A DNA stretch of 64,000 nucleotides from Singulisphaera sp. GP187 (GTDB lineage: Bacteria; Planctomycetota; GCA-002687715): contig CAMDTN010000007.1 in the NCBI GenBank assembly GCA_945907755.1, positions 856 to 64,855 of the forward strand, in the 5' to 3' direction. The notes under the pieces are model-generated. The model did no database searches and was not told the DNA's origin. It saw nothing but the letters and a program-made list of their open reading frames with translations. Position numbers and translations under genes: made by a program. This document shows positions 49,063-59,122 of this stretch, one piece after another. Positions within the stretch are counted from its first letter, which is position 1. Each line of letters starts with the position of its first letter.

Positions 49063-50761
49063 TCAACCGAGGAACGCGTTCACTTCTGCGGCGACGCTCC
49101 GCGCATCTTCCAACGTGTTTTCCACGGCAGGCAGCGCCCAGTTGTCTTGGTTCACGAAGAACACGCGTTGCTGGAACGGCCGCAGCAATTCCTGCGGCAC
49201 TCCATCAGCGATGAAATTCGGCGCGGCGATAGGCATCGCGTGGCCCCAGCGGCTGATGCGCACTTGGCGCACCGCACTGGCCGACACGCCCAGCATCGAC
49301 AGAGTATCCAGCACATGCGGAACCAAGCGTTGCGCCCATGTGGTGTAAGGATCGTTCAGGATCAACGCGAAGCGCGCTGACGCCCACGGCAGCGGCCAGT
49401 AGAAGCTGAGCACCGAGCGCGGCAGGTTTTGCACGCGTGCGTAATTGCCGTTCAGCACATCTGCAGGCCGCGAATTCAGTTCGCAAGCCACTGGGTCCAT
49501 CGGATACGCAGCGTTGTGCACCAAGAAGATGTCGTAGAAATCCAGTGCTACGGGAGCGGTCAGCAGGACATTGGCGACGAGGTACGCCGAAGTGTTCACG
49601 CGCTGCATGGCTTCATATTTTGGCGGGTCCAAGGCGGCAATGTCGTGCAGCACATGCTTCGCCACATGCTTCGACCCAGCCATCACGACCGTCTTGGCCC
49701 TCAGAGTCTGGGTTGCACCCGCGGCGTCTACCCAGGTGACGCGCATGCGCTGGTTGTCGCGGCGCACATCCACTACGCGGCAGCCAGCACGCAGCATGGG
49801 TGGCGCATTGCTGGGAAGTGACGTGAGTTCGACATGGTGCAGCTTCTGCCACAAGGCTCGAGCCAGCGCTGCGTTGCCGCCGGGAAAAACCCAGCGGCCA
49901 TATTCTTCTGCGGCCACGAAGTTCCAGCCCGACGCGGCACTAATCTCTTGCATGCCTGCGCCGAACGAGGAGTGGAAATAGGCTTGAATGGCAGCGGCGA
50001 GTAGGGGCGGCAGCGGCATCCCCATGCGCTGTTGCAAATCGGCTTCAAAATTCGTGGTGTCCATTTCCAGCACTGCAGCCGCTGCAACTGGGTCGCTGCT
50101 GAGCGGGATCTCTGGATAGTGGTTCTCCGCCATGTCAGTCACGACCGCTGCGTACCGCTGGAAGGCTGCTTGCTCTGCTGGCGACAGGCCTGCGCCTTGC
50201 CAGAAGCCCTGCGCGACTTGGCCAGCGATTTCAACGGGGTCCGGCGGCATGCTGCTGCGCTTCACCAGATGCAATCCCAAACGGTGGTATAGGCGGTGCA
50301 CAAACGAGCCCGGGTCTGGGGTCATCACATAGGCGCTGCCGATGGAAAAATCTGTGCCCATCCAACGCTCACCGCGAGCATTGCCGCCGAATCTTGGGCG
50401 CAGATCGAACAAGACCGGATGGCGCTGGCGCAACAAGTAGGCCGTGGTGAGCCCCGCTAAGCCGCCGCCCACAACAGCCACATCCACGTCTTGGCCACCC
50501 GAGGGAATGGTGCCGTTCCAAGATGCGTGGAATGGGATGGCTGCGGGGTCTCCGAAATCGTCGCCGGTGAAAAACGCGCAAAGGGCAAGCCCGAGTGCAT
50601 CACCGATTGCGGGAACGCGGGCAATTGCAAGATGGGGTCGTGTGGACTGGCCCAGGCGGTGGCCACTTCAATAGCAACTCATTCCGCTGGATCATGCTGC
50701 CGATGCCAAGGGCTGCGAACCCGGCGAAGCCTGCACCAAGAAACTCACGGCGTGTCGTCAT
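49063..50761 (-). CDS. Tat-exported FAD-dependent oxidoreductase (amine oxidase-like), frameshifted near the 5' end
   Basis: TRREFL Tat motif in one frame; VVGGGLAGL, FGGNA, GSAY, RWGHAM in another. The shift lies within ~50570-50667. Confidence 0.75.
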
Positions 50762-51585
50762 GGGATAGCCTTCGTTCTGGCTGCGCGCGCGGCGGCGCTG
50801 AGCTTGCGCCAGCCGGGGCCCAAGATCCACGCTTCATACTCGCGGGCCCGTGAAAAGTGCGGATGCGCTTGTTCGCGCTCACGGAATTCTTGCGGATGCA
50901 ACACGGCGCGCATGCCATCTAAGAGAGGTGGCACCACTTCATGCAGGCATTCGTGAAACACCAAGAAGTCGAGATACCACGCCGTGATCCAAGTGTGGTC
51001 CAACAGCGGATTGATGACGATCAGCGAGCGCGGGCTTCTGCGTTCGTGGCGCCCCATCAGTCGTCGCGACACATGTGCCCCGAAGGTGATGTCGATGTCG
51101 AGGCTGGCTTCAAAGTGTTGGCGGTTGACGCGGTGCAGTGTGGCGCGCAGGTCGTGATGCACGCCGCTGCATTGTTCGTCTGCGGCCATGCCCGCTGGCG
51201 GCAGCGCATGTTGACGGTGCCAGCGCGTGATGGCGCGAGCGAGGCGGCGCTGTTCGTCGCGTGCCGTCCCTGTGAGGTACAGCCGTACCGCAGCCTCCGC
51301 GATGGGCTCTGGCGCGATGCGAAAAGCAGCATGGGCGCGCAAAACGACGCTGCCGTCGCGTTGCTCACTGGAGCTCAAGATGACGCGCCGATTGGCGGTG
51401 TAGTGCACAGCGACGCTGCGTGTCGGGTTCACGCGCAGTAGCGCCGCGCCAAGCGCGTCGCCGCAGACCGCGATCTCTGGTACTGCATCAGTGCCCAGTG
51501 GCACAAGCAGTGGCGTGCGGCGGTCCGAACCGCTTTCCTCAAAGAGCAGGAGCTGCCGCGGCAGCGCATCCACAGAGTAGGCCAC
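50758..51585 (-). CDS. SprT/YgjP-like zinc metalloprotease domain protein
   Basis: INPLLD...LVFHECLHE...H..EF..RE. Confidence 0.75.
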   Translation of the reverse strand: MAYSVDALPRQLLLFEESGSDRRTPLLVPLGTDAVPEIAVCGDALGAALLRVNPTRSVAVHYTANRRVILSSSEQRDGSVVLRAHAAFRIAPEPIAEAAVRLYLTGTARDEQRRLARAITRWHRQHALPPAGMAADEQCSGVHHDLRATLHRVNRQHFEASLDIDITFGAHVSRRLMGRHERRSPRSLIVINPLLDHTWITAWYLDFLVFHECLHEVVPPLLDGMRAVLHPQEFREREQAHPHFSRAREYEAWILGPGWRKLSAAARAARTKAIP

Positions 51586-51628
51586 GCATCACAGCCTACA
51601 CCGGGCTGCACGCGTGCCTAGCGGCTTA

Positions 51629-52708
51629 TTAGCGTCCGAGGACGGGTATTCGCGCCAAGTGCTCGGCGCTCAAGAGTGTGCGGCCAAGTTGCCCGCAGGC
51701 TGCGAATTGATCGCGCCCAGAAGAGCGCCGCATTTTCAAAGGGAAGCCTAAGGGGCGGAGCTTTTTCGTCCACGCCAAAACTTCTTCCCGCGTGGGGGCT
51801 TCAAGCGCTGGGTCCACCGGGTTTAGCGGGATGATGTTCAGGATGAAACGGAAGCCTGTCAGGTGCGTGCGGATGGCATCGATGTCGTCGTCGCCTAGGG
51901 TGAGGTTGCGGATGGCGATGTATTCCAGCGTGACATGCTTGCCGCGTAGGGTGTCGGCGTAGCCGCGGATGGAATCGATGAAACGCTCGAAGGACCACAC
52001 CGATTGAATGGGCATCAATTGCGCGCGCTTCTCGGGCACCGCCGATCCAAGGCTGAACACCAGCTTCATCTTGTGGCGCGCGGCAGCGAAGCGGTCGATG
52101 GCAGGCACGATGCCTGCAGTGCTAATCACCATGCGTTTCGGGCTGATCTGTAACCCCTGTGGCTCGGCAAAGACTGCGCAAGATTGCAGCACTGCTTCTT
52201 CGTTCTGCAGCGGTTCGCCCATGCCCATGAACACCAAGTCGCTGACGCGCACGCTGGCATGCCGCTGGATCTGCGTCACTTGCCCAACGATTTCATGGGT
52301 TTCGAGATTGCGCTGCAACCCCATGCGGCCAGTGGCGCAGAAGCGGCAGGCCAGTGCGCAGCCTGCTTGCGACGACAAGCACACCGACCACAGCCCGTGG
52401 TGCGGCAGCAACACCGCTTCGACGATGGCACCGTCGGCAAGGCGCATGGCGTAGCGCACGCTTTTATCCCACGACGGGTGCACCGCCACAATTTCCGGAG
52501 GCTTGTGCGCGAATACAAGCGCCAACGCGTCCAGCTTGTGCGCATTCATGCCAGGCAGAGCGGCAATGGTCTCGATGCCAGTGCGTTGCGCCGCGCGCCA
52601 AGCCATGCTAGGCAGCTCGCGGCCGAGCGAGCGAATGCCTGTCGCGTCACCATGAGCGATGGCAGCGTCCAAGCGCATGCCCAAGAGTTGCGGAGGCGCC
52701 ACCAGCAT
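51629..52708 (-). CDS. rlmN: RlmN-family radical SAM RNA methyltransferase
   Basis: VCLSSQAGCALACRFCATG, FMGMGEPL, ISTAG, NIIPLN, AACGQL. Confidence 0.85.
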   Translation of the reverse strand: MLVAPPQLLGMRLDAAIAHGDATGIRSLGRELPSMAWRAAQRTGIETIAALPGMNAHKLDALALVFAHKPPEIVAVHPSWDKSVRYAMRLADGAIVEAVLLPHHGLWSVCLSSQAGCALACRFCATGRMGLQRNLETHEIVGQVTQIQRHASVRVSDLVFMGMGEPLQNEEAVLQSCAVFAEPQGLQISPKRMVISTAGIVPAIDRFAAARHKMKLVFSLGSAVPEKRAQLMPIQSVWSFERFIDSIRGYADTLRGKHVTLEYIAIRNLTLGDDDIDAIRTHLTGFRFILNIIPLNPVDPALEAPTREEVLAWTKKLRPLGFPLKMRRSSGRDQFAACGQLGRTLLSAEHLARIPVLGR

Positions 52709-53034
52709 CAATCCCAGATTTTTCTGCCGCCGAAGGGGTCGCGCGGATCATCTTTCTGTTCAGCGGCCTTTTTCTGCGCTTCGCGGAACAGTTCATCGAT
52801 GCGGTCGGACTGTGTGCGCACATTGTCTTGCGCCTTGCTGAACTCGTCCTTCACGCGCTCGTCCGCTTCGTGCTTGTTGCGCATAGCGACATCCATGTCG
52901 TCTTCGCCAGCGCGACGGTCGTCCTTCAAGTGCGCGCCCTTGCGGTACGACAGCACGCGCTCGCGTTCGACGCTGACTTCAAGGATGTGCCCGCAGCAGG
53001 GGCACTTCACATCGATGATGGGTTTGGAGTTCAT
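52708..53034 (-). CDS. Hypothetical protein with an N-terminal CPCC motif
   Basis: DVKCPCCGHILEV followed by a charged helix; TGATG coupling to rlmN. Confidence 0.75.
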   Translation of the reverse strand: MNSKPIIDVKCPCCGHILEVSVERERVLSYRKGAHLKDDRRAGEDDMDVAMRNKHEADERVKDEFSKAQDNVRTQSDRIDELFREAQKKAAEQKDDPRDPFGGRKIWD

Positions 53035-53052
53035 GGCAGGCTTCGCGAGGGC

Positions 53053-53322
53053 TCAACCGTCTTCGGGCGCGTCTTCGGTCGATTTCGTCTCGCGCTCTTC
53101 AGGCGGGATGTAGTTGAAGCGCGTCTTCAGCTCCTCCAGCAACGCGACGATGCGCGCTTGGGTGCTGGTCACTTTCACGATGGACTTGTCTTCGTAAAAG
53201 ACGATGGACTTGTCGGCCTTTGCCCAAATGCGCACATGCTCCACCACCGGCGCTTCGAATTCGCTGGTGTATTTCTTGAAGGTCTTGGTGTAACGCATGC
53301 TCGGGATGGTGGTTTCAGCCAC
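53053..53322 (-). CDS. Hypothetical small protein
   Basis: GGAGA RBS, GTG start, natural charged composition, in an operon. Confidence 0.6.
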   Translation of the reverse strand: MAETTIPSMRYTKTFKKYTSEFEAPVVEHVRIWAKADKSIVFYEDKSIVKVTSTQARIVALLEELKTRFNYIPPEERETKSTEDAPEDG

Positions 53323-53396
53323 GGTATTTTCTCCGCTGGTACGGCCAGAACATAGCCGCCGCATGCTGCTGCGGCAACGCGTTGGATGGCTGCGAT

Positions 53397-55595
53397 TCAG
53401 GGCGTGGGCAGCATCCACACACCGGCGGGTGGGGCGTCCGCGATGCGCAGAGCCCGCGTTGTTAGGCCCGGGGCAGCGACTCTGAAAGCGCGGCGCACGC
53501 CGTCCATTGGAGGCAAGGCGAAACGCAGAGCCACGACCGTGCGGTCCGGGTCGAAGGCGCACAGCGCTTCCAACGGATGCCGCTGCACGCTGATGCGCCC
53601 GGAGGCATCTTCTGCAACCAACACGGCTTGCAGCGTTGTTGCGTCGGAAGCGCTGCTGTCGAGGAACAGCGTGCAAGTGCGCGCGCCGCTGGCATCCGCT
53701 GCGTACTCGCAACCGAGGCACACCCAGCCGTGTTCCAGTGGCGTGTTGGACCGCAGCGTTGGCAATGCTGCCCACTGCGCGGGGCGCAGCCGCCTCGGGC
53801 GCGCGCCGGGCCGCGAGAATTCGTACAGCGTGAAAGTGCGAGCGGTGCCGGGCACTTGTCGCGGCGCCACCTCAAGCCCGGGCACTAATGGCAGCTTGCG
53901 TGTGACATCCACTGCCGCGTTGTTCGCGCGCCCCGCAGCAACCAGCAAGTCTACGGCGCAGGCCGCATCGTCGGCCAGCACCAAGGTTGCGTTTTGCAAC
54001 GCGAGCGGGCGCAGCGCCGTGGCGTCCGCTGCGGTGTGCTCAACACTTGTCACAAATAGGGCGCGCCCGCTTTCTGCTGCGACGCGGCGGAAGTTCGCGG
54101 GCTCAAGCCCGGGTGTGCCCCCGGGCAGCGCGTGCAGCACGCACAGAAGCGCTACATCTTCTGGCGACAGCGCCAAGGCAGCGGCCACACTGGCATCGAT
54201 GGGCCACGCTTCCATTGCGTTGCGCCGCGGCACACCGACCTTGCGCGCGAAGGGCACTAATTGACGATCGGCTTGCGGCAGCAGACCGATGCCATTCACG
54301 GCCAGCACGGGATTGTCGGTTTCCGCGCCGCGCTGTCCTGAACCAACGAGCAGCAACGCACACAGCGCTGTGCACCAAGCAGCGCGCTTTCGTTGTGCGC
54401 TGCGCAAGACTGCCTGCACCAACAGGAGCGCGCCGAACGGCAGCAACGGCAGCAGCGATGTCAGCGCGCCTGCGGGGCGCAACACGACGAGCAGAATCAC
54501 GGCACAACCAGCGCCTGACGCAACAATGGCGCTGGCATGGCGCTGTTCGCGCGGTGGCAGTTGGCCCGCGCTTGCAGTGTCGTGATGCGTTGCGTCTGGA
54601 GCGGCGCGCTCGCTGCGACGCGGCAGCATGCGCCAAGCGGCCCACACGAAAAGTGCAACGAAGGCCACGCCGAAAGAACGCAGCACTTCCAGCGGGAACC
54701 ATGCGAAGCGCTTGACAGAGAGCAGCGCTGCGTCGCACGCATGAGGCAGCACCGCCGCTGCCGCGGCCAGCGAATCCATTGCACGCCACGCGTCTTCGTG
54801 GTGAGCGAGGTACCAAGGGGACACAACGAGGAGCCCCATGTTCACCACATAGAACAGATTGCGCATGCGCGCGCGCAAGATGCGCTCGTCGCCATCCGCG
54901 AAGGCCAAGACATTGGCCCACACCAGCGCGCCCGGCAAACACAAAGCGCCCATGTTGGAAACAAGCGCAGCAAACCCCGCGAGGGTGCCTGCGGCCAACG
55001 CGCGCCAAGTGTTGCGGTAGCGTGCGGAACGCAACAGTTGGTCGAATGCCGCCAACGAAATCGCCGCGGCAGCGAGATTGGCGCTGAACAAGCGCGCTTC
55101 AGTGAACAGCGGCGGCAAGCAAGCGCACAAAGCCAGCGCACAGGCGGCAGGCATTGGTGCCAGCCACAGACGCAGCACGCGCGCAGCAGCCCAGAAATAC
55201 AGCGCGCTGAACAGCAGCATGGTCAGGAACAGTGTTGTGCTGTCGACACTGCGTGAGCACACAGCGGCGACGGCCGCTGCAGACATCGCCAGCAGCGGTG
55301 GATGCGCAGGGTGAGTGTGCCCTGCCCACAAGAAATCCGTCACACCTTGATTGAGCAGTATGGAATGAAACTGTTGCGCTTCGAAGTGCCATGTGGCAGC
55401 GTCGCTCATCTGTGGGCGTGCGAAAGCCCCGTGGCGCATCATCCAGAACGCATTGAGCGCTCCAATGATCACGACACACACGATCCACGGAGTTGCTGCA
55501 CGCAATCGCTGACTCACTGCGCAGATCTTAGAGGAGGCCCGCGAGAGTGGGCGCACGAGGCCTTGACGGATCGTCAAGGCCTCGGCCAATGCCAT
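53397..55595 (-). CDS. ArnT/PMT-like (GT39/83) membrane glycosyltransferase
   Basis: SDAATW, HPPL, multiple TM helices, PWY; TGATG coupling with the upstream gene. Confidence 0.65.
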   Translation of the reverse strand: MALAEALTIRQGLVRPLSRASSKICAVSQRLRAATPWIVCVVIIGALNAFWMMRHGAFARPQMSDAATWHFEAQQFHSILLNQGVTDFLWAGHTHPAHPPLLAMSAAAVAAVCSRSVDSTTLFLTMLLFSALYFWAAARVLRLWLAPMPAACALALCACLPPLFTEARLFSANLAAAAISLAAFDQLLRSARYRNTWRALAAGTLAGFAALVSNMGALCLPGALVWANVLAFADGDERILRARMRNLFYVVNMGLLVVSPWYLAHHEDAWRAMDSLAAAAAVLPHACDAALLSVKRFAWFPLEVLRSFGVAFVALFVWAAWRMLPRRSERAAPDATHHDTASAGQLPPREQRHASAIVASGAGCAVILLVVLRPAGALTSLLPLLPFGALLLVQAVLRSAQRKRAAWCTALCALLLVGSGQRGAETDNPVLAVNGIGLLPQADRQLVPFARKVGVPRRNAMEAWPIDASVAAALALSPEDVALLCVLHALPGGTPGLEPANFRRVAAESGRALFVTSVEHTAADATALRPLALQNATLVLADDAACAVDLLVAAGRANNAAVDVTRKLPLVPGLEVAPRQVPGTARTFTLYEFSRPGARPRRLRPAQWAALPTLRSNTPLEHGWVCLGCEYAADASGARTCTLFLDSSASDATTLQAVLVAEDASGRISVQRHPLEALCAFDPDRTVVALRFALPPMDGVRRAFRVAAPGLTTRALRIADAPPAGVWMLPTP

Positions 55596-57604
55596 CAGGC
55601 AAGCACACGACGGTCGAGGCGAATGACTTCGCTGAGGCTCCACGCTTGGAAGGGGGCGCCGCGTGCAGCAAACGGCTCGTCGCCATCGGCGATTTCGCAC
55701 AGGTGCGCGAGCCCAGGGTTCCCCCGTTGTGCCATGAGTGGTTTCAAGAAACGCTTCCGCGCCGCTCGCTTCGCAGCGCTTGTATGTCCGCGCGCGGCCA
55801 CCCACGCTTCGACGAACGGCCCAGCCAACCATGGCCACGCCGTGCCCTGATGGTAGGCCGCGTCGCGCTCGGCGCTGGTGCCGGTGCAGTGGCCGCAATA
55901 GCGCGCGTCACCAGGGTCCAGCGTGCGCAATCCGTGTGGCGTCAGCAACGCCATCTCTACATGCTCCAACATGGCTTTGGCCGTGGCGCGTGGCACTAAT
56001 GCCAACGGCAGCCCGCCTAGCGCCAAAACTTGGTTGGGCCTCAAAGTGGAATCGTCTTGGTTGGGCACATGTTCGCAGTCCACGACATCGCGCAAGTGTG
56101 TCTTGCCCTTCACCACGAAGCGCTTGCGGAAGCTGCGTTGCCCGCGCGCCAAGAATGCGGCGAAGGTGCGGTCGTGCTTCTTCATGGCGGATAGGGCGTT
56201 CAGCCACAGCGCTTGAATTTCCACTGCTTTTCCTGTGCGCGGCGTGACAGCAGTGCCGGCGTGCATGGCGTCCATCCAAGTCAATTGCGAGTTGGGAGTG
56301 CCGTGCGAAAGCAAACCGTCGGCGCACAGTTGCAGCAGCGGATGTTCGCCGCGGGCGATGCAGCGCAGCACCGTCAGCGCTGCGGCGCGCAGTAGTTTTG
56401 CATCGCGCGGGCGCAAGGTGGCGCATTTCAAATGTTCGGCCACCACCAATGCGAACCACAGCGGGGCGTCGGCGCTGTTCAACAACGGAGCGCCATCGTG
56501 TTCGTGGAAGCAGTTGGGCAGCGAACCATCGGTGCCGACCAAACGGGCCCAAGTCAGCAAGACCTTGCTGGCATCGTCGATGCGCCCGGTTGCATGCAGC
56601 AGCCCGCGCAAGGCAATGAAAGTGTCGCGACCGTAATCGACGAACCATGGATAGCCCGCGATGATCGAGAGCCCGTTGGCACCGGGATCGCTCGCGAGCT
56701 GCGGCATTCCGAGCGCCGGAGCATCTACGCGGCGCACCACAAAGGCATCGGCGGCGCGTTCCATGGGGCGTGCGAAAGCGCGGCGACGGCGGGCTTCAGC
56801 ACTACGCGCGAGCTTTGCAAAGCGCAGCACATCCAGCGGTGCTTCGCTGCACTCCGCGCCGGCCAGTGCCACGACGGCAGCCTCAGACGCTGCAAGGTCT
56901 GCTGAAAACACTCCGGGCTGCCACAAGTCTTCAATGTTGTCGCAACCACGCGCGGCTTCTTCTGCAAGATGAAAATCGAACCACCACTGCGGCTCGCTAG
57001 TCCAAGGGGCGTTGGAGCGCAGCAGCAAACGCGGCGCCTCTAGGCCAAGCTCTGCTTCGAACCCGTGTTCGTCGCAAGCGCAGATGCGCGCGCTGTCGTG
57101 CGCACGGATTAAGTGGTGGTGCGGCGAACCAGACAGCAGCGGGCGTGCATGCAACCACGCGGCGCCTTCGCCTTTGACGCGCTTCGCCAACAGCACCATG
57201 GCGTCATGGCCATGCACCATGAAGCACTCCAATTCGATCTCTGTGCCATCAGGCACGCGCACGCGTTGGCGCGGCCAAGGCTCGGTGCTGAAGGACAGCA
57301 GCGTGCCCACACTTGCTGGGGATTCCGTGCCGTCGGCGAAACGCGCCGTGCTGATGGGCCATGTGCCCGCATCGGTTTGCACGAACAAGATCATGTCCTT
57401 CAGCAGGTTGTAACGGCGCACCGGTGGCGCAGCAGCAACGGTGAACAGGCTGTGATAGCGGCGCGTGCGGCTGCCGTGCACAGGCATGCTGGCGTAACCA
57501 CCAAGCCCATTGGTTTCCAACCACTCGCTGCCGTGCAGCGGCAGTGCGCTGGAACGTATCGGCGCTGCCTTCTTCGTAGCTCTTGTCCGTTTCTTTGCTT
57601 TCAT
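55595..57604 (-). CDS. Amylo-alpha-1,6-glucosidase (glycogen debranching enzyme, GH133-type)
   Basis: EWLETNGLGGYAS, TRRYH, IIAGYPWF.DYGRDT, LTWMDA, RPNQ, YHQGTAWPW, QAWS. Confidence 0.92.
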   Translation of the reverse strand: MKAKKRTRATKKAAPIRSSALPLHGSEWLETNGLGGYASMPVHGSRTRRYHSLFTVAAAPPVRRYNLLKDMILFVQTDAGTWPISTARFADGTESPASVGTLLSFSTEPWPRQRVRVPDGTEIELECFMVHGHDAMVLLAKRVKGEGAAWLHARPLLSGSPHHHLIRAHDSARICACDEHGFEAELGLEAPRLLLRSNAPWTSEPQWWFDFHLAEEAARGCDNIEDLWQPGVFSADLAASEAAVVALAGAECSEAPLDVLRFAKLARSAEARRRRAFARPMERAADAFVVRRVDAPALGMPQLASDPGANGLSIIAGYPWFVDYGRDTFIALRGLLHATGRIDDASKVLLTWARLVGTDGSLPNCFHEHDGAPLLNSADAPLWFALVVAEHLKCATLRPRDAKLLRAAALTVLRCIARGEHPLLQLCADGLLSHGTPNSQLTWMDAMHAGTAVTPRTGKAVEIQALWLNALSAMKKHDRTFAAFLARGQRSFRKRFVVKGKTHLRDVVDCEHVPNQDDSTLRPNQVLALGGLPLALVPRATAKAMLEHVEMALLTPHGLRTLDPGDARYCGHCTGTSAERDAAYHQGTAWPWLAGPFVEAWVAARGHTSAAKRAARKRFLKPLMAQRGNPGLAHLCEIADGDEPFAARGAPFQAWSLSEVIRLDRRVLA

Positions 57605-57733
57605 GGGCACAACCGTAACCAAAAGCTTGCCGCAGGTTGGGCTGCCGTTCGTGGTTGGTCGGAGCGCAGCCGCGCCGCTTTCACAGATGTGGTGGTAATC
57701 TCTGCAGCGCCGCACTTTGCGGTACTTACAGGC

Positions 57734-59122
57734 ATGGTCTTCGCCAGCGGCGTTTTTCTTTACTGGTTCTTGCCCCTCGTGCTGCTTGGCGCCATCAGCC
57801 TGCCGCGCGCGCTCCGCAATCCGTTCTTGACCGTCGCCAGTTTTGTTTTCTACGGATGGTGGCGCCCTGATTATTCGCTGCTGATGTTGGCCACCGCGGC
57901 CTTCGATTTCGGCACCGGCATGGTGATCGACCGTGCACGCCAGCGCGGCGGGCGCGGCACCGGATGGTTGGTGGTGTCGCTGTGCGCCAATCTCGGATTG
58001 TTGGGCTGGTTCAAGTACGCCAACTTGGCCGTGGGTTCATGGAATTCGCTGATGACGCTCAGCGGCAACGACCCGGTGCTGTGGACATCCGTGTTGCTGC
58101 CAGTTGGCATTTCGTTCTACACATTCCAGAGCATGAGCTACACGGTGGATGTGTGGCGCGGCGAACTGCGCGCGACGCGCAACTTCGGCGATTTCTTGTG
58201 CTTCGTGTCGCTGTTCCCACAACTCGTTGCGGGCCCCATCGTGCGCTATCGCGATGTGGCCGAGCAGATGGCCACGCACCGCTGTTCGTTGCCGTTCTTC
58301 GCACAAGGGTGCTTATTCGTGATGTTGGGTTTGGCCAAAAAAGTGCTGCTGGCAGATGTCTTGGCACCGGTGGTGGCGCTTTCCTTCGACCACGGAGCGC
58401 CTGGCGGCACAGATACTGCGTGGTTGGGCCTGAGTGCCTACACCTTGCAAATCTATTTTGATTTCTCTGGCTATTCCGACATGGCCATCGGGCTTGGGCT
58501 GATCATAGGGCTGCGTTTCCCATTCAACTTCGACTCGCCTTACAAAGCAGAGAGTATTACGGACTTCTGGCGGCGCTGGCACATGACATTGAGCACATGG
58601 TTGCGCGACTATTTGTACATCGGCATTGGTGGCAACCGCGCCGGCCCGTGGCGCACCCGCATGAACTTGATGCTGACCATGCTCTTAGGCGGGCTGTGGC
58701 ACGGCGCCAATTGGACATTCGTCGCGTGGGGCGGGCTGCATGGATTGTTGCTGTCGCTGGAGCGCGTGCCTCTGTTGGCCAAGGCTCGCGCAGCGTTGCC
58801 GCGTTTCCTGCGCATCGCGTTGACTCTGGGTGCGGTGATGGCAGCGTGGGTTCTGTTCCGCTGCGATTCTCTGGGGGCCGCGGGCAGTTATTTCGCCGCG
58901 CTTGGCGGCGCGCCGAGTGGCAGCGGAACAGAACCGCTGAACGCACTGCAAATCGCGTTGCTGATCATCGGTGGCAGCATTGCGTTATTCGGGCGATCCA
59001 CGCAGCACCTCGTGCACAAGGCCACTTGGGCAACGCTCGGTTGGGCCGCCCTTGTTTTTTTCATGTCCTTGATTCACCTTCACTGGCAAGACCATGTGCC
59101 CTTCCTCTACTACCAATTCTGA
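57734..59122 (+). CDS. algI: MBOAT O-acyltransferase AlgI
   Basis: LPVGISFYTFQ, FPQLVAGPI, YFDFSGYSDMA, FWRRWH, GLWHGA, FLYYQF. Confidence 0.9.
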   Translation: MVFASGVFLYWFLPLVLLGAISLPRALRNPFLTVASFVFYGWWRPDYSLLMLATAAFDFGTGMVIDRARQRGGRGTGWLVVSLCANLGLLGWFKYANLAVGSWNSLMTLSGNDPVLWTSVLLPVGISFYTFQSMSYTVDVWRGELRATRNFGDFLCFVSLFPQLVAGPIVRYRDVAEQMATHRCSLPFFAQGCLFVMLGLAKKVLLADVLAPVVALSFDHGAPGGTDTAWLGLSAYTLQIYFDFSGYSDMAIGLGLIIGLRFPFNFDSPYKAESITDFWRRWHMTLSTWLRDYLYIGIGGNRAGPWRTRMNLMLTMLLGGLWHGANWTFVAWGGLHGLLLSLERVPLLAKARAALPRFLRIALTLGAVMAAWVLFRCDSLGAAGSYFAALGGAPSGSGTEPLNALQIALLIIGGSIALFGRSTQHLVHKATWATLGWAALVFFMSLIHLHWQDHVPFLYYQF

